Of a stretch of DNA of 64,000 nt, positions 37,584 through 49,183 are shown one piece after another. Made by a program: the position numbers and the translations under genes. The notes under the pieces are model-generated. The model saw only the letters and a program-made list of their open reading frames with translations, made no database searches and was not told the origin of the DNA. This DNA comes from Selaginella moellendorffii (lineage: Eukaryota > Plantae > Lycopodiophyta): contig NW_003314285.1 in assembly GCF_000143415.4 (NCBI RefSeq), positions 1,267,370 to 1,331,369 of the forward strand, read 5' to 3'. How positions within the stretch are numbered: position 1 is the stretch's first letter; each line of letters starts with the position of its first letter.

Positions 37584-40500
37584 ATGGCGGCCGCGAGCGC
37601 TCCCATCACTATGAAAGAGGCCCTGGTGGTGCGTATTTTGGTTTTGGATTTATTTGCTAGAAATCAGCATTGGATTGTCTAATTTTGTTCTTGGCAGCTC
37701 ACGAGCTTGGGCATCAATCCCCAATGCATCACTTTCAACCATGTCACGATGGAATCCGAGAAGTACATATGCGTGAGAGAGACCACGCCGCAGAACAGCG
37801 TGGTTATCATCGACATGAACTTGCCTCTGCAGCCTCTTCGCCGACCCATTACTGCCGATTCCTCGCTGATGAATCCCATCACTAAAATTCTGGCTCTAAA
37901 AGGTATGACATTTCATTCTCGCGTGATCCGGAGGATACAACTTAACTGGTTTGCTCGTACGCAGCTCAAATTCCTGGCACGAGCCAGGATCATCTCCAGA
38001 TTTTTAACATAGAAATGAAGGCTAAGATGAAATCTCATCAAATGTCGGAACAGGTAATCGGGTGATTTCACTGGCTGTTTGGTGTGACGTCTTCTTTTCC
38101 GCTTGGAAGGTGGTTTTCTGGAAATGGATAACTTCAAAGATTCTTGGGCTTGTCACGCAGCAAGCCGTCTATCACTGGTCTATAGAAGGTATTTTTAAGA
38201 ATTTGCTTACATCAACTGATTACAGCTACGACTAGGTGATTCTGAGCCGGTCAAGGTGTTTGATAGAACGGCTAACCTGTCGGGAAATCAAATTATTAAC
38301 TACCGCTGTGATCCTTCTGAGAAGTGGCTAGTTCTGATAGGCATTGCTCCAGGCTCTCCTGAGGTATCCATTTCTTGAAAAGTTTCTTGTAGCTAACAAA
38401 GAAACTCTTTTAGCGTCCACAACTGGTGAAAGGAAACATGCAACTCTTTTCAGTCGATCAGCAGCGAAGTCAAGCTTTGGAAGCTCATGCTGCATCTTTC
38501 GCTACATTCAAGGTTAAGTTAACGGAAACATATGCACGTGATCATCTGTTAATCGTCGGTACTTGCAGGTCTCCGGAAACGAAGCTCCTTCCACTCTGAT
38601 ATCGTTCGCAACGAAGTCAGTTACGTCTGGCACGCTAGTATCAAAGTTGCATGTTATCGAACTTGGTGCCCAGCCAGGTCTGTTGTCTGTTTCCTTTTAG
38701 CGTGATTCTTATACCTAAAGTTCATCAGGGAAGGCAGCGTTTACAAAGAAACAAGCAGACTTGTTCTTCCCTCCCGACTTTGCAGACGACTTCCCCGTCT
38801 CGATGCAGGTAAAGTGTGTTGGAGGTTATACGCATTGATAACATTCCTTTCCGCAGATCTCACAAAAGTATAGCCTTATCTATGTTATTACGAAACTCGG
38901 TCTTCTTTTTGTATATGATCTGGAGACTGCAACGGCTGTCTATAGGAATCGTATTAGTCCAGATCCCATTTTCCTGACATCCGATTCCCCGTCAACTGGG
39001 GGATTTTATGCAGTTAATCGTCGAGGGCAAGTTCTATTGGCTACTGTTAACGAGGCAACTGTCGTTCCCTTCGTCAGCGGTCAGGTACTAGTGTTCATCC
39101 GTACTGCTACTGTCCTAACAACTTCTTATTGTCTATTTTGAAGCTTAACAATTTAGAGCTTGCGGTCAACCTTGCTAAGCGTGGCAACCTTCCTGGAGCC
39201 GAGAACCTGGTAACGCTTTTATCTTCGATGATCTTTCTCTTTGCTACCTCTTACTGTATCGTTCTATGTGAGTAGGTTGTGCAACGGTTTCAGGAGTTAT
39301 TCCAACAAATGAAGTACAAAGAAGCTGCGGAGCTTGCAGCTGAGTCCCCTCAAGGAATCCTTCGCACGCATGACACTATTACGAAGTTCCAGGTCAGATG
39401 CTTATTGTCATTTTCTTAATTCATTTTTTAAACGTTGTTTCTTTTCGAGTAGAGTGTTCCTGTGCAACCTGGACAGACGTCACCTCTGCTTCAGTATTTT
39501 GGTACATTGCTCACAAAGGGGAAACTCAACGCTTTTGAGTCTCTGGAGCTTTCACGTCTCGTTGTCACTCAAAACAAGAAAAACCTTTTGGAGAATTGGT
39601 TGGCTGATGATAAACTCGAGTGCAGTGAAGAACTTGGTGATCTTGTCAAGGTCTGAACAACATCGTTCTTAGTTACCTACTCCTGACCGTTTTTTGTTGC
39701 AGTCAGTTGATAATGATATGGCCTTAAAAATCTTCATCAAAGCAAGGGTTACACCAAAAGTGGTCGCGGCATTTGCAGAACGTGGAGAGTTCGATAAAAT
39801 TCTCATTTATTCTAAGCAAGTACGATTTTCCTGTTTTTAATGTTCAATTTTCCTGGCTAATATCTTTGTCCTAGGTTGGTTATACTCCAGATTATCCCTT
39901 CCTTCTGCAATCTATATTGCGAACGGATCCTCAGGTATAGTTCGTTGTCTTACTCATGGTTTTCCCGTATTGATCCTCTGTCCAGGCGGCCGTAAATTTT
40001 GCTCTCATGATGGCTCAAATGGAAGGCGGATGTCCAATGGACTACAACGTTATTACCGATCTTTTTCTGCAGGTACTTCTTTCACGTATAAGTTTGTATG
40101 AAATCGGCTGATATTGTTTATTTCTGTCATGCTTAGCGAAACTTGATACGTGAAGCAACATCCTTTTTACTGGATGTTTTGAAGCCGAACCTTCCCGAGC
40201 ATGCGATGTTGCAGACAAAGGTTTTATTCGTTAACTTAAATTTTGTTTGGTATTTTATCCCGTCTTCAGGTTTTAGAGATAAATCTAGTGACATTCCCGA
40301 ACGTAGCGGATGCAATTTTGGCCAACGGAATGTTTAGTCACTACGATAGGCCTCGGATTGGGCAGCTTTGCGAGAAGGCTGGCCTATACACGAGAGCATT
40401 GCAGGTATATTTTTGTCGGCATGATGCCATTCTCTTTAACAATACTTGCTTTCAGCACTATACGGACCTGAATGACATCAAGCGTGTGATTATCAACACA

Positions 40501-43500
40501 CACGCTATTGAACCCCAGGTGAGACTTCCTTTTGTTACATTTCAAACGTTATCTAACTGTTTAAAAACAGGCTTTAGTGGAATTTTTTGGAACCCTCTCG
40601 CGTGACTGGGCTATGGATTGTATGAAGGAATTGTTGCTGGTTAATATGCGAGGAAATCTGCAAATAGTTGTGCAGGTAATTCCAGACTTAAAAAACGGAT
40701 TTAAACTATTGTCTGGTTCTTCCAGGTTGCCAAAGAATACTCAGAACAGCTAGGCATTGGAGCCTGTGTGAAGCTTTTTGAGCAGTTTAAATCATACGAA
40801 GGTTTATACTTCTTTTTGGGATCCTTTTTGAGCTCGAGGTATATCCGTGGTTTTAAAGTTGCATGTAATCAATTGTCTTGTACAGCGAGGACCCGGATAT
40901 TCACTTCAAATATATTGAAGCAGCAGCTAAAACGGGCCAACTGAAAGAGGTAGAGCGTGTCACCAGGGAATCGAATTTCTATGATGCAGAGAAGACCAAG
41001 AACTTTCTGATGGAAGCTCGTCTTCCTGACGCTCGTCCTCTCATCAACGTGTGCGATAGATTCGGTTACGTTCCGGATTTGACACACTACTTGTATTCGA
41101 ACAACATGCTTCGGTATATTGAAGGCTACGTCCAAAAGGTACGGATTCAATGCATTTGTTGCTCTATAATCGTTTTGAAATTTTCAGGTCAATCCTGCAA
41201 ACGCACATCTGGTCGTGGGCCAACTTTTAGATGATGAATGTCCTGAGGATTTTATAAAAAATCTCATCCTCTCTGTTCGATCGTTACTACCGGTTGAGCC
41301 TCTTGTTGAGCAATGCGAGAAACGGTCTGTTTCGTTTTTTCATGTATCTCATTATTGAGCTTAATTTTCTTTTCCAGTAATCGGCTGAGACTTCTCACTC
41401 AGTTTTTGGAGCACCTGGTTAGCGAAGGTAGCCAAGACGTGCATGTGCACAATGCGCTCGGAAAAATTATCATCGATACGAACAACAATCCCGAGCACTT
41501 CTTGACTACAAATCCGTACTATGACTCGAAAGTTGTCGGGAAGTATTGTGAGAAACGAGATCCCACCCTGGCAGTGGTTGCTTACCGTCGTGGACAGTGC
41601 GACACAGAGCTTATTAATGTTACGAATAAGAATTCTCTGTTTAAGCTTCAATCACGGTGAGTAGAGAACAATATTCATTTCTGGTTTCTAGGATTATCAT
41701 ATATTGTTTTCTGCAGCTATGTTGTGGAACGAATGGATGCGGATCTTTGGGCTCTAGTATTGAATCCCGAGAACCCCTACAGACGCCAACTTATTGACCA
41801 AGTAGTATCTACCGCCTTACCAGAGAGCAAGAGTCCCGATCAAGTTTCAGCAACAGTTAAAGCATTCATGACTGCTGACTTGCCTCACGAGCTTATTGAG
41901 TTGCTGGAAAAGATCGTCCTCCAAAATTCAGCATTCAGTGGCAACCCGAACTTGCAAAATCTTCTGATATTGACTGCCATCAAGGCTGACAAGTCGCGGG
42001 TCATGGATTACGTCAACCGACTAGACAACTTCGATGGTCCTGCCGTTGGAGAGATTGCTGTTGGTGCGGAGCTGTTTGAGGAAGCGTTTGCTATCTTCAA
42101 AAAGTTCAACTTGAACGTGCATGCTGTCAACGTGCTTCTTGACAACATCCGTAGTATCGATCGTGCTGTGGAGTTTGCTTCGCGAGTTGAGGAGGACGAG
42201 GTCTGGAGCCAAGTAGGAAAGGCTCAGCTCAAGGAAGGCCTGGTCAGCGATGCCATTGAGTCGTTTATTCGAGCAGACGATGCAACGCAGTTCAACGACG
42301 TCATACTGGCAGCAAACCAGGCTAGAGTTTTTGAGGATCTCGTCAAGTACTTGCATATGGTGCGGAGGAAAGTTAAGGAGCCCAAGGTGGACTCTGAACT
42401 CATTTATGCGTACGCACGGATTGAGAAGCTCGGGGAGATCGAGGAGTTTATTCTGCAGCCTAATGTGGCCAACCTGCAAAACGTTGGCGACCGTCTCTTT
42501 GACGAGACGCTTTACGAAGCTGCGAAGATTATCTTCACTCATATCTCCAACTGGGGTCGTCTTGCAAGTACTCTCGTCAAGCTCCACCAGTTCCAAGGTG
42601 CAGTTGACGCTGCCAGGAAGGCCAACAGTGCGAAGACGTGGAAAGAAGTTTGCTTCGCTTGTGTTGACGCGGAAGAGTTCAGGCTCGCACAAATATGTGG
42701 TCTCAACATCATTGTCCAGGTAAGGCTATAGTTTCTGGTTATACTCTATCTTTGGTTGGTCTAATCTGTTATTAAATCCAGGTGGATGATTTGGAGGAAG
42801 TGAGTGACTACTACCAGAATAGGGGACGATTCGATGAACTGATTTCTCTAATGGAAAGTGGTCTTGGACTCGACCGCGCACACATGGGTATATTTACAGA
42901 GCTCGGAATATTATATGCCAAGTATCGGTCCGAGAAGCTTATGGAACACTTGAAGCTTTTCTCAACCCGAATCAACATTCCAAGGCTCATTCGCGTTTGC
43001 AACGAACAAAAGCACTGGAAAGAACTCACGTATCTGCACATTCAGTACGACGAGTATGACAATGCCGCTGCAACTATTATGAACCACTCTCCCGATGCCT
43101 GGGATCACATGCAGTTCAAGGATGTCTGCGTTAAGGTTGCCAACGTGGAGCTGTACTACAAAGCTGCCCACTTCTATCTTCAAGAGCATCCTGACCTCTT
43201 GAACGATCTGTTAATGGTCTTAGCTCCCCGTGTCGATCACACTCGTGTGGTAGACATAATGCGCAAGGTTTGTGATTTGATTCTCTTGCCACGTTTGTGA
43301 CACCTTTGTCTGCAGGCTAGAAACCTTCATCTCGTGAAGCCTTACATGGTGGCTGTGCAAAGTGCAAATGTGGCCGCTGTGAATGAGGCTCTGAACGAGC
43401 TTTACGTCGAAGAAGAAGATTACGACCGTCTCAGAGAATCCATTGATCTTCACGACAATTTTGATCAAATTTCTTTGGCGCAAAAGGTTTGAGGATCCTT

Positions 43501-44277
43501 GCTTTTTCTTGTGATCTTTTAACATGGAAGACACTGTTTTGCAGCTTGAAAAGCACGAGCTTATCGAATTGCGCCGCGTCTCTGCCTACATTTACAAGAA
43601 AGCAGGAAGATGGCGCCAGTCTGTTGCGCTGTCCAAGAAGGACAATCTCTACAAGGACGCGATGGAAACTGCATCGCAATCTGGAGATCGTGATCTTGCC
43701 GAAGAACTGCTGTCGTTCTTTATTGAACAGGTAACTTCAACTAGCGGAAAACGTTTTACTAATTATTGGATCGCAATTGTGTGTTTCAGCAAAAGAAGGA
43801 ATGCTTCGCGTCCTGCCTGTTTACATGTTACGATTTGATCCGGCCCGACGTAGCATTGGAGCTTGCCTGGATAAACAACTTGATCGACTTCTCCTTCCCT
43901 TACCTGTTACAAGTAAGACCTTGGAGTTCTTCCTCATGACTTCTGACACTTTGCTATCGACTCTAGTTCATCCGCGAGTACACCAGCAAGGTGGACGATC
44001 TGATCAAAGACAAGCTAGCAGCCGACCAGGAGGTCAAGAGCAAGGAGAAGGAAGAGAAGGATCTAGTGGCTCAACAGGTTTGTCTCCTCACCTCATTTGC
44101 TGCAACTATAGACTGAATTCGATCTTGCAGAACATGTACGCTCAGCTCCTTCCTCTGGCGCTGCCCGCTCCTCCGATGCCCGGCATGGGAGGCGGTCCTC
44201 CAGGATTCAACCCGGGCATGCCACCTCCTTTTGGTGGAATGCCTGGCTACGGCATGCCTCCCATGGGCGGATATTAG
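37584..44277 (+). CDS. CHC: Clathrin heavy chain, many short introns
   Basis: [28 protein letters not shown] repeats ([29 protein letters not shown]), Pro/Gly/Met tail; TAG 44275-44277. Confidence 0.97.
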
Positions 44278-44429
44278 AGGTAGGAAGATTATCTTTTGTT
44301 TTCAATCACGAAAGACTACACAGGTGAAGGGTCTAGCAGAGATTTTTTGTAAATTTAGATCGAGAATAATATATGGTCTTGTATTTTTCTTTCTTTTTAT
44401 CAGCGGCTAGCACCATGGAAGTCACTCAC

Positions 44430-44800
44430 CTTGCAAATAAAATGCAGATACCAAAGTAAGAACTTGTGCAACTTCTTGTTTCGTAGTTTGATAGAAATCG
44501 TCTTGAAGCAGCAAATGAGAGGACCACCAAGCTGCTCAAGAAAGCCACGGCGTCGACTGCGTTGGAAACATCGGGAATCTCCATGCGTTTCCTGTAGCGC
44601 AGCTCCAGCCATGCACACGTAACAGGCACGTCGATTGGACAAATCAAGCACACTCCTCCACAAGGTAGAAGATGACTTTGTTGACACCCGCGTCCTCCAG
44701 GACCGGCAGCTGTTGGAGGGTACCAGACCGGCAGCCGCGGCTTCAGCATCTGGTAGCCTCCAACAGCTGCCCAGAAGCGGATATCGTCGAGAAGCATCCA
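44430..44800 (-). pseudogene. Possible F-box gene fragment
   Basis: RLPDAEAAAAGLV...CRSWR...STLWRSVLDLS resembles F-box C-terminal half; no coherent gene model. Confidence 0.3.
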
Positions 44801-45906
44801 GCTGCACTCTTCCTCCGCCTCCTCCCAGCTCACCGCGGCCAACAAGTTGACGAAAGCTCTTTCCCAGCCTCAGCAGTTGCATTGCCTTGGGCAAAGCGGT
44901 GTCACCTCTTGTAGCAGCGAAGTAGAACAAGTCCCAGCAAACGAAGCCGTCTAGGAGCCAGAAGGCCGTTCCCGAGCCAGAGGCCGTAGCCGGCTGTGAT
45001 ATCGTTCTGGAAAAGCCATTGATTTGCTCGACCATGGCCGTGTGCTTGGACTGCCCTGGAGGCACGATTGGAAGAGGCGGGCGACGGTCTTGCTCGCGAA
45101 GCCGTGAAGCTCCACTGTGGCGACCATCTGTCACCCCACACAAATCCATTCCCGAATCCCTGCGACTGTGGAGGGTAACGTGTGCACTACCTAGATCATC
45201 CTTCGGACATACGACACTGGGATGCATGCTACGTGCGGTTGGTGTATCGTTCCATCCCGGATACCACCTGCGAGGTGGCGCTGACGTTGAGCGGAAGCAT
45301 GGGCATGGCGCAGGTCCGGGGGCAGCGTCAGCCCCTGGTTGCGATCGGCCACCTCGTTGCTGCAATGTTGACATAGGACACAAGGTAGAAGTCCTTGGCC
45401 GCCACATTTCCACAGAGGGCATAAATAAAAGGGATCAATGGAAGTAATATAGTATTGTTTGAAAAAGGATGCTCACTAAGATGATCGAGACCATTTCTGT
45501 ACTGCTGCAACGAGCAGGCCGAGTTACCGGGGGTGATCTATCGATGCCCGCGATTTACTTTCAACAAAGGTAAAAGCACTTTCGCGTACGGTGGAAGCCT
45601 CAGGATCATAAGATAGGCCTCTCACTCGCAAGCTTCTCTCGTGTAAATTCAGCCGCTTTTGTGAATAACCTTTGTTCTTTCTTTCGTTCACATGGGTTGA
45701 TGAAATCCGTATGGGGATCTCGTAGCTTATTGTGACCATTGACTAGTCAAAAGGACGCCTTCTCTCTGGCGAGAATGCGGTAATACACGATCACACAGAC
45801 TCAGGGAGTAGAAATCTCTCGCTCGCTCGCTTACTCAGCTGTAGACTGGCAGCTACGAGGATGTTGCTGAAGACTCCAAGTCGATCAATCGGCTGGCTTT
45901 TGCTCC

Positions 45907-46770
45907 TTGAACGATCTGTTAATCCCCGTTGTTGATCACACTCGTGTGGTTGACATAACGCTCAAGGTTTGTATTTTGATTCTCTTGCCACGTTTCTGAC
46001 ACCTTTCTGCAGGCTAGAAACCTTCATCTTGTGAAGCCATACATGGTGGCTGTGCAAAGCGCAAATGTGGCCGCTGTGAACGAGGTACGTTGAAGAAGAA
46101 GATTGAGATCGCCTAAGAGAATCCATTTATCTTCAAATTTCTTTGGCGCAAAAGGTTTGAACTTGCGGAAGACACTGTTTTGCGGCTTGAAAAACACGAG
46201 CTTATCGCCTACATTTACAAGAAAGCAGGAAGATGGAGCCAATCTGTTGCGCTGTCCAAGAAGGACAATCTTTGTACAAGAAACGGCATCGCAACCTGGA
46301 GATCGTGATCTTGCTGAAGAACTGCTGTCGTTCTTTATTGAACAGGTAACTTGGATAGCAATTTACTAATGATTGGATCGCAATCATTAGTGTGATCAGC
46401 AAAAGAAGGAATGATTCATGTCTTGCCCCAGCAAGGTGGACGATCTGATCAAATACAAGCTAGCACGGACCAGAGGTCAAGAGCAAGGAGAAGGAAGAGA
46501 AGGATCTAATACATGTTTCCTCACCTATACACTGATTTTTTATTTAGATATGCAACTCTTGCAGAACATGTACGCTCAGCTGCCGCTGCCCGCTCCTCCA
46601 GGATTCAACCAAGGAATGCCACCCCCGTTTAGAGGAATGCCTGGCTACGGCATGCCTCCAAATACTAGAGGTAGGGAGAGCTTCATTTTCTCTTTTGTTT
46701 TCAATCACGAAAGACTACACAAGTGAGGGATCTAGCAGAGATTTTTTAATAATATATTGTCTTGTATAGC
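45907..46770 (+). pseudogene. Partial genomic duplicate of clathrin heavy chain 3' end
   Basis: Matches ~43199-44390 including introns and 3' UTR, with many deletions. Confidence 0.93.
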
Positions 46771-46813
46771 TTCTATCTTTGGAAAAAAGACTATTTCATT
46801 TGAAAAACTGTAA

Positions 46814-46885
46814 CGCCGTTGCCGGGGATCGAACCCGGGTCGTCCGCGTGACAGGCGGAAATACTTACCACTATACTACAACGAC
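46814..46885 (-). tRNA. tRNA-Asp(GTC)
   Basis: GTCGTTGTAGTATAGTGGTAAG..CTGTCAC..GGTTCGATCCCCGGCAACGGCG folds as cloverleaf; T-run terminator follows. Confidence 0.95.
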
Positions 46886-46979
46886 CTCGTGTTAGAAACT
46901 TCTGTACATTTTAGAACATATTTACAAACTCCTAGCATGATTGTGCTAGCTAGAAAGATGATGGTCGATTATCAACCAT

Positions 46980-47150
46980 AAAGCCCCCCAAGGATATCTC
47001 CGAGACTCTCGCCTCCCCGGGAAGGATCCAATCTCGGCAAAGTAGATGTCGTTGTAGCCGAATACAGACGCCCCAAGATCACATTGATGACTTTCTTGGT
47101 CAAGAGTGAAGATTTCCCAGCGTTGGAAGCTCCAATTATAAAAGAAGACG
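46980..47150 (-). pseudogene. P-loop GTPase fragment (YqeH/NOA1-like?)
   Basis: IIGASNAGKSSLL...TTTSTLP; isolated fragment. Confidence 0.4.
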
Positions 47151-47394
47151 AAGAGGTACAAGAACATCTACTTGAAGTCCGAATCTGGGGAGCCTGGAGG
47201 GAGCTGGATGAGGTGATTGTGGGGAAGTTATCCAGCTTTTCCTTCGCAGCTGCATCTATAAATTGAGCAATTTGCAAGCAAGATTTCCATATTAGCATTA
47301 AATGTACTCTACTAGCTAAGCCCTTTTTTCAGGTTCGGAATCGCAAATGTGCTTTTTCATTGTCTTGTTTTATGTCGCTTACTAGAGATTGTAA

Positions 47395-47476
47395 GTCAGT
47401 ATGTCCGAGTGGTTAAGGAGACAGACTTGAAATCTGTTGGGTTTCACCCTCGCAGGTTCGAATCCTGCTGCTGGCG
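47395..47476 (+). tRNA. tRNA-Ser(TGA)
   Basis: 82 nt, long variable arm, anticodon loop CTTGAAA, GGTTCGAATCC. Confidence 0.92.
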
Positions 47477-47519
47477 TCTGTGTCTTAAGATTTGAGAAAA
47501 AAAGTTTTTTTAACTAAGC

Positions 47520-47798
47520 ATGATTGCGATACTCAATTGTTTGTTTGAACTTTCCTGATTCCACTCTTGCATAAGGTAGATCCCATTGTCGAGGTGAAAC
47601 TCAAGCTGTGCACTGTGGGCAAATTCGGCCTAAGCGCAACCGCAAGTATCAGCAGCGCGTGTGCAAAGGTGGCGAGTTCAGCATCGCTTGGAACATCAAA
47701 CCCCTGAGGCTCCATTTCTGCAAATCTGCGGGCGATTTTGAAGAATGCTTACTCAAAACAAAGTAGTGTGGAGCTGACTTCGGCTGCCAGATGGGTTG
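47520..47798 (+). pseudogene. Decayed copy of the secreted 8-Cys protein gene at 48165
   Basis: Colinear DNA match (GAAACTCAAGCTGTG..TGTGGGCAAAT..CAGATGGGTTGA) with deletions and stops. Confidence 0.85.
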
Positions 47799-47971
47799 AG
47801 TCCGGTGATTTCAATACTCCTGTTACAATTTCTTCCGGTGTCATAATATTATCCATTTTACTTTTGCAACACATACTGTGTCCGCACGAACTCAGTGCAG
47901 TCCAAGTCGTAAACTTGGTTCACAGTCCAACTAAATTGTTGGCTGTGGCATGGAGAACCAGCCAGTACGAA

Positions 47972-48057
47972 ATTAAGGAGACACTTGAAATCTGGTGGTT
48001 AAGGAGACAGACTTGAAATCTGTTTTCACCCTCGTAGGTTCGAATCCGGCTGCTGAC
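47972..48057 (+). pseudogene. tRNA-Ser(TGA) pseudogene with internal duplication
   Basis: TTAAGGAGACA..CTTGAAATCTG repeated, 5' acceptor strand missing. Confidence 0.85.
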
Positions 48058-48164
48058 TTCATTGAGCTTTGAGAAAAATTGTGTAAGCTTTGAGAATATG
48101 CTAAGGTGGCCTCATATTTATAATGCACCCAGCCATCCTTAAAGCAACGCTTCCATAGGCAAGC

Positions 48165-48545
48165 ATGATTTATAGCGCTGCAATACTCGTTGCTTGTTTG
48201 CTTTTCCTGCAGAAGGTAGATGCGGGCTGGGTTTTGTTTTCGAATGGGGAGGTAGGGGCTGGCTGTGGAACAAATGCATGTTCTATTCCGAATTGCGCGC
48301 TGCTTGTTGAGCGCGTCCATGGCTGCACTGGGGGCGAAACTCAAGCTGTGAATTGTGGGCAAATCCGGGCTAAGGGCAACCGCAAGTATCAGCAGTGGAA
48401 GAGCGTGTGCAGAGGTGGCGAGTTCAGCATCGATTGGAACATCAAACCCCTCAGGCTCCAGTTCCGCAACTCTGCGGGCAACTTTGAAGAATGCCTGCTC
48501 AAAACAAACTGGCGTGGAGCCGAATTCGGCTGTCAGATGGGTTGA
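48165..48545 (+). CDS. Small secreted cysteine-rich protein, family not recognised
   Basis: Signal peptide ending VDA-G; 8 Cys in mature part; duplicate nearby ends at the same stop. Confidence 0.75.
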   Translation: MIYSAAILVACLLFLQKVDAGWVLFSNGEVGAGCGTNACSIPNCALLVERVHGCTGGETQAVNCGQIRAKGNRKYQQWKSVCRGGEFSIDWNIKPLRLQFRNSAGNFEECLLKTNWRGAEFGCQMG

Positions 48546-49065
48546 CTTTGTAGTCGTGTTTTCTAATCAACTGTGTTGGTGATGAACATGCATAAATTGT
48601 TGAATTATTATTATTATTATTCCATAACTTTCGGGTCTGGCATGTGCCACAACATTGCATGGCAAGGACTTGGAGATATGAAACCATTGCCAGAGCTGAC
48701 AATAAGCTGCACAGCTGTAGAGCACATGAAATACATCTGTGATGCGAACAGTGTTGAAGGTGCTTCTCCATGGCAGCTCCCATACCCATCCATCAGTCCT
48801 TACAAAGTGTGCAATTTGTAAGCATGATTTCCATACTAATCTACCATGCACTCTACTTTCTTTCGCTATGAGGCTTTTTGGGCCCACAATAACAAGCAGC
48901 AGACTTTTGCTCAACCATCACTGTCTGATTGTGATGAAACGTAGACCTTTTTTCCTTGTTATTGTGCACAAAGCATGAGTTTTCCTGGATGAACGACGAG
49001 AGCTCATCCAAATTGGTTGTAAGAAACTCCAAAGGCTGGGCGTTTGGTCACAAAACAAAATTCTT

Positions 49066-49126
49066 TCAGTATGTCCGAGTCAGACTCGAAATCTCACCCT
49101 CGCAGGTTCAAATCCTGCTGCTGACG
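49066..49126 (+). pseudogene. tRNA-Ser pseudogene with deletions
   Basis: TCAGTATGTCCGAGT-CAGACTCGAAATCT-CACCCTCGCAGGTTCAAATCCTGCTGCTGACG. Confidence 0.85.
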
Positions 49127-49183
49127 CTCTGCCATCTCATTTTTGTTCAGCTTTTTCAGAAATGTGTGTAAGAATTCCAAGAG

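Noticed and set aside
42021-42723. Long antisense or alternate-frame ORFs over clathrin (and over PPRs at 49280-49690, 62034-63080, 63411-63992)
   Set aside because: Shadow frames of real coding sequence
48573-48821. Second exon of the Cys-rich gene
   Set aside because: No convincing acceptor; the duplicate copy ends at the same TGA
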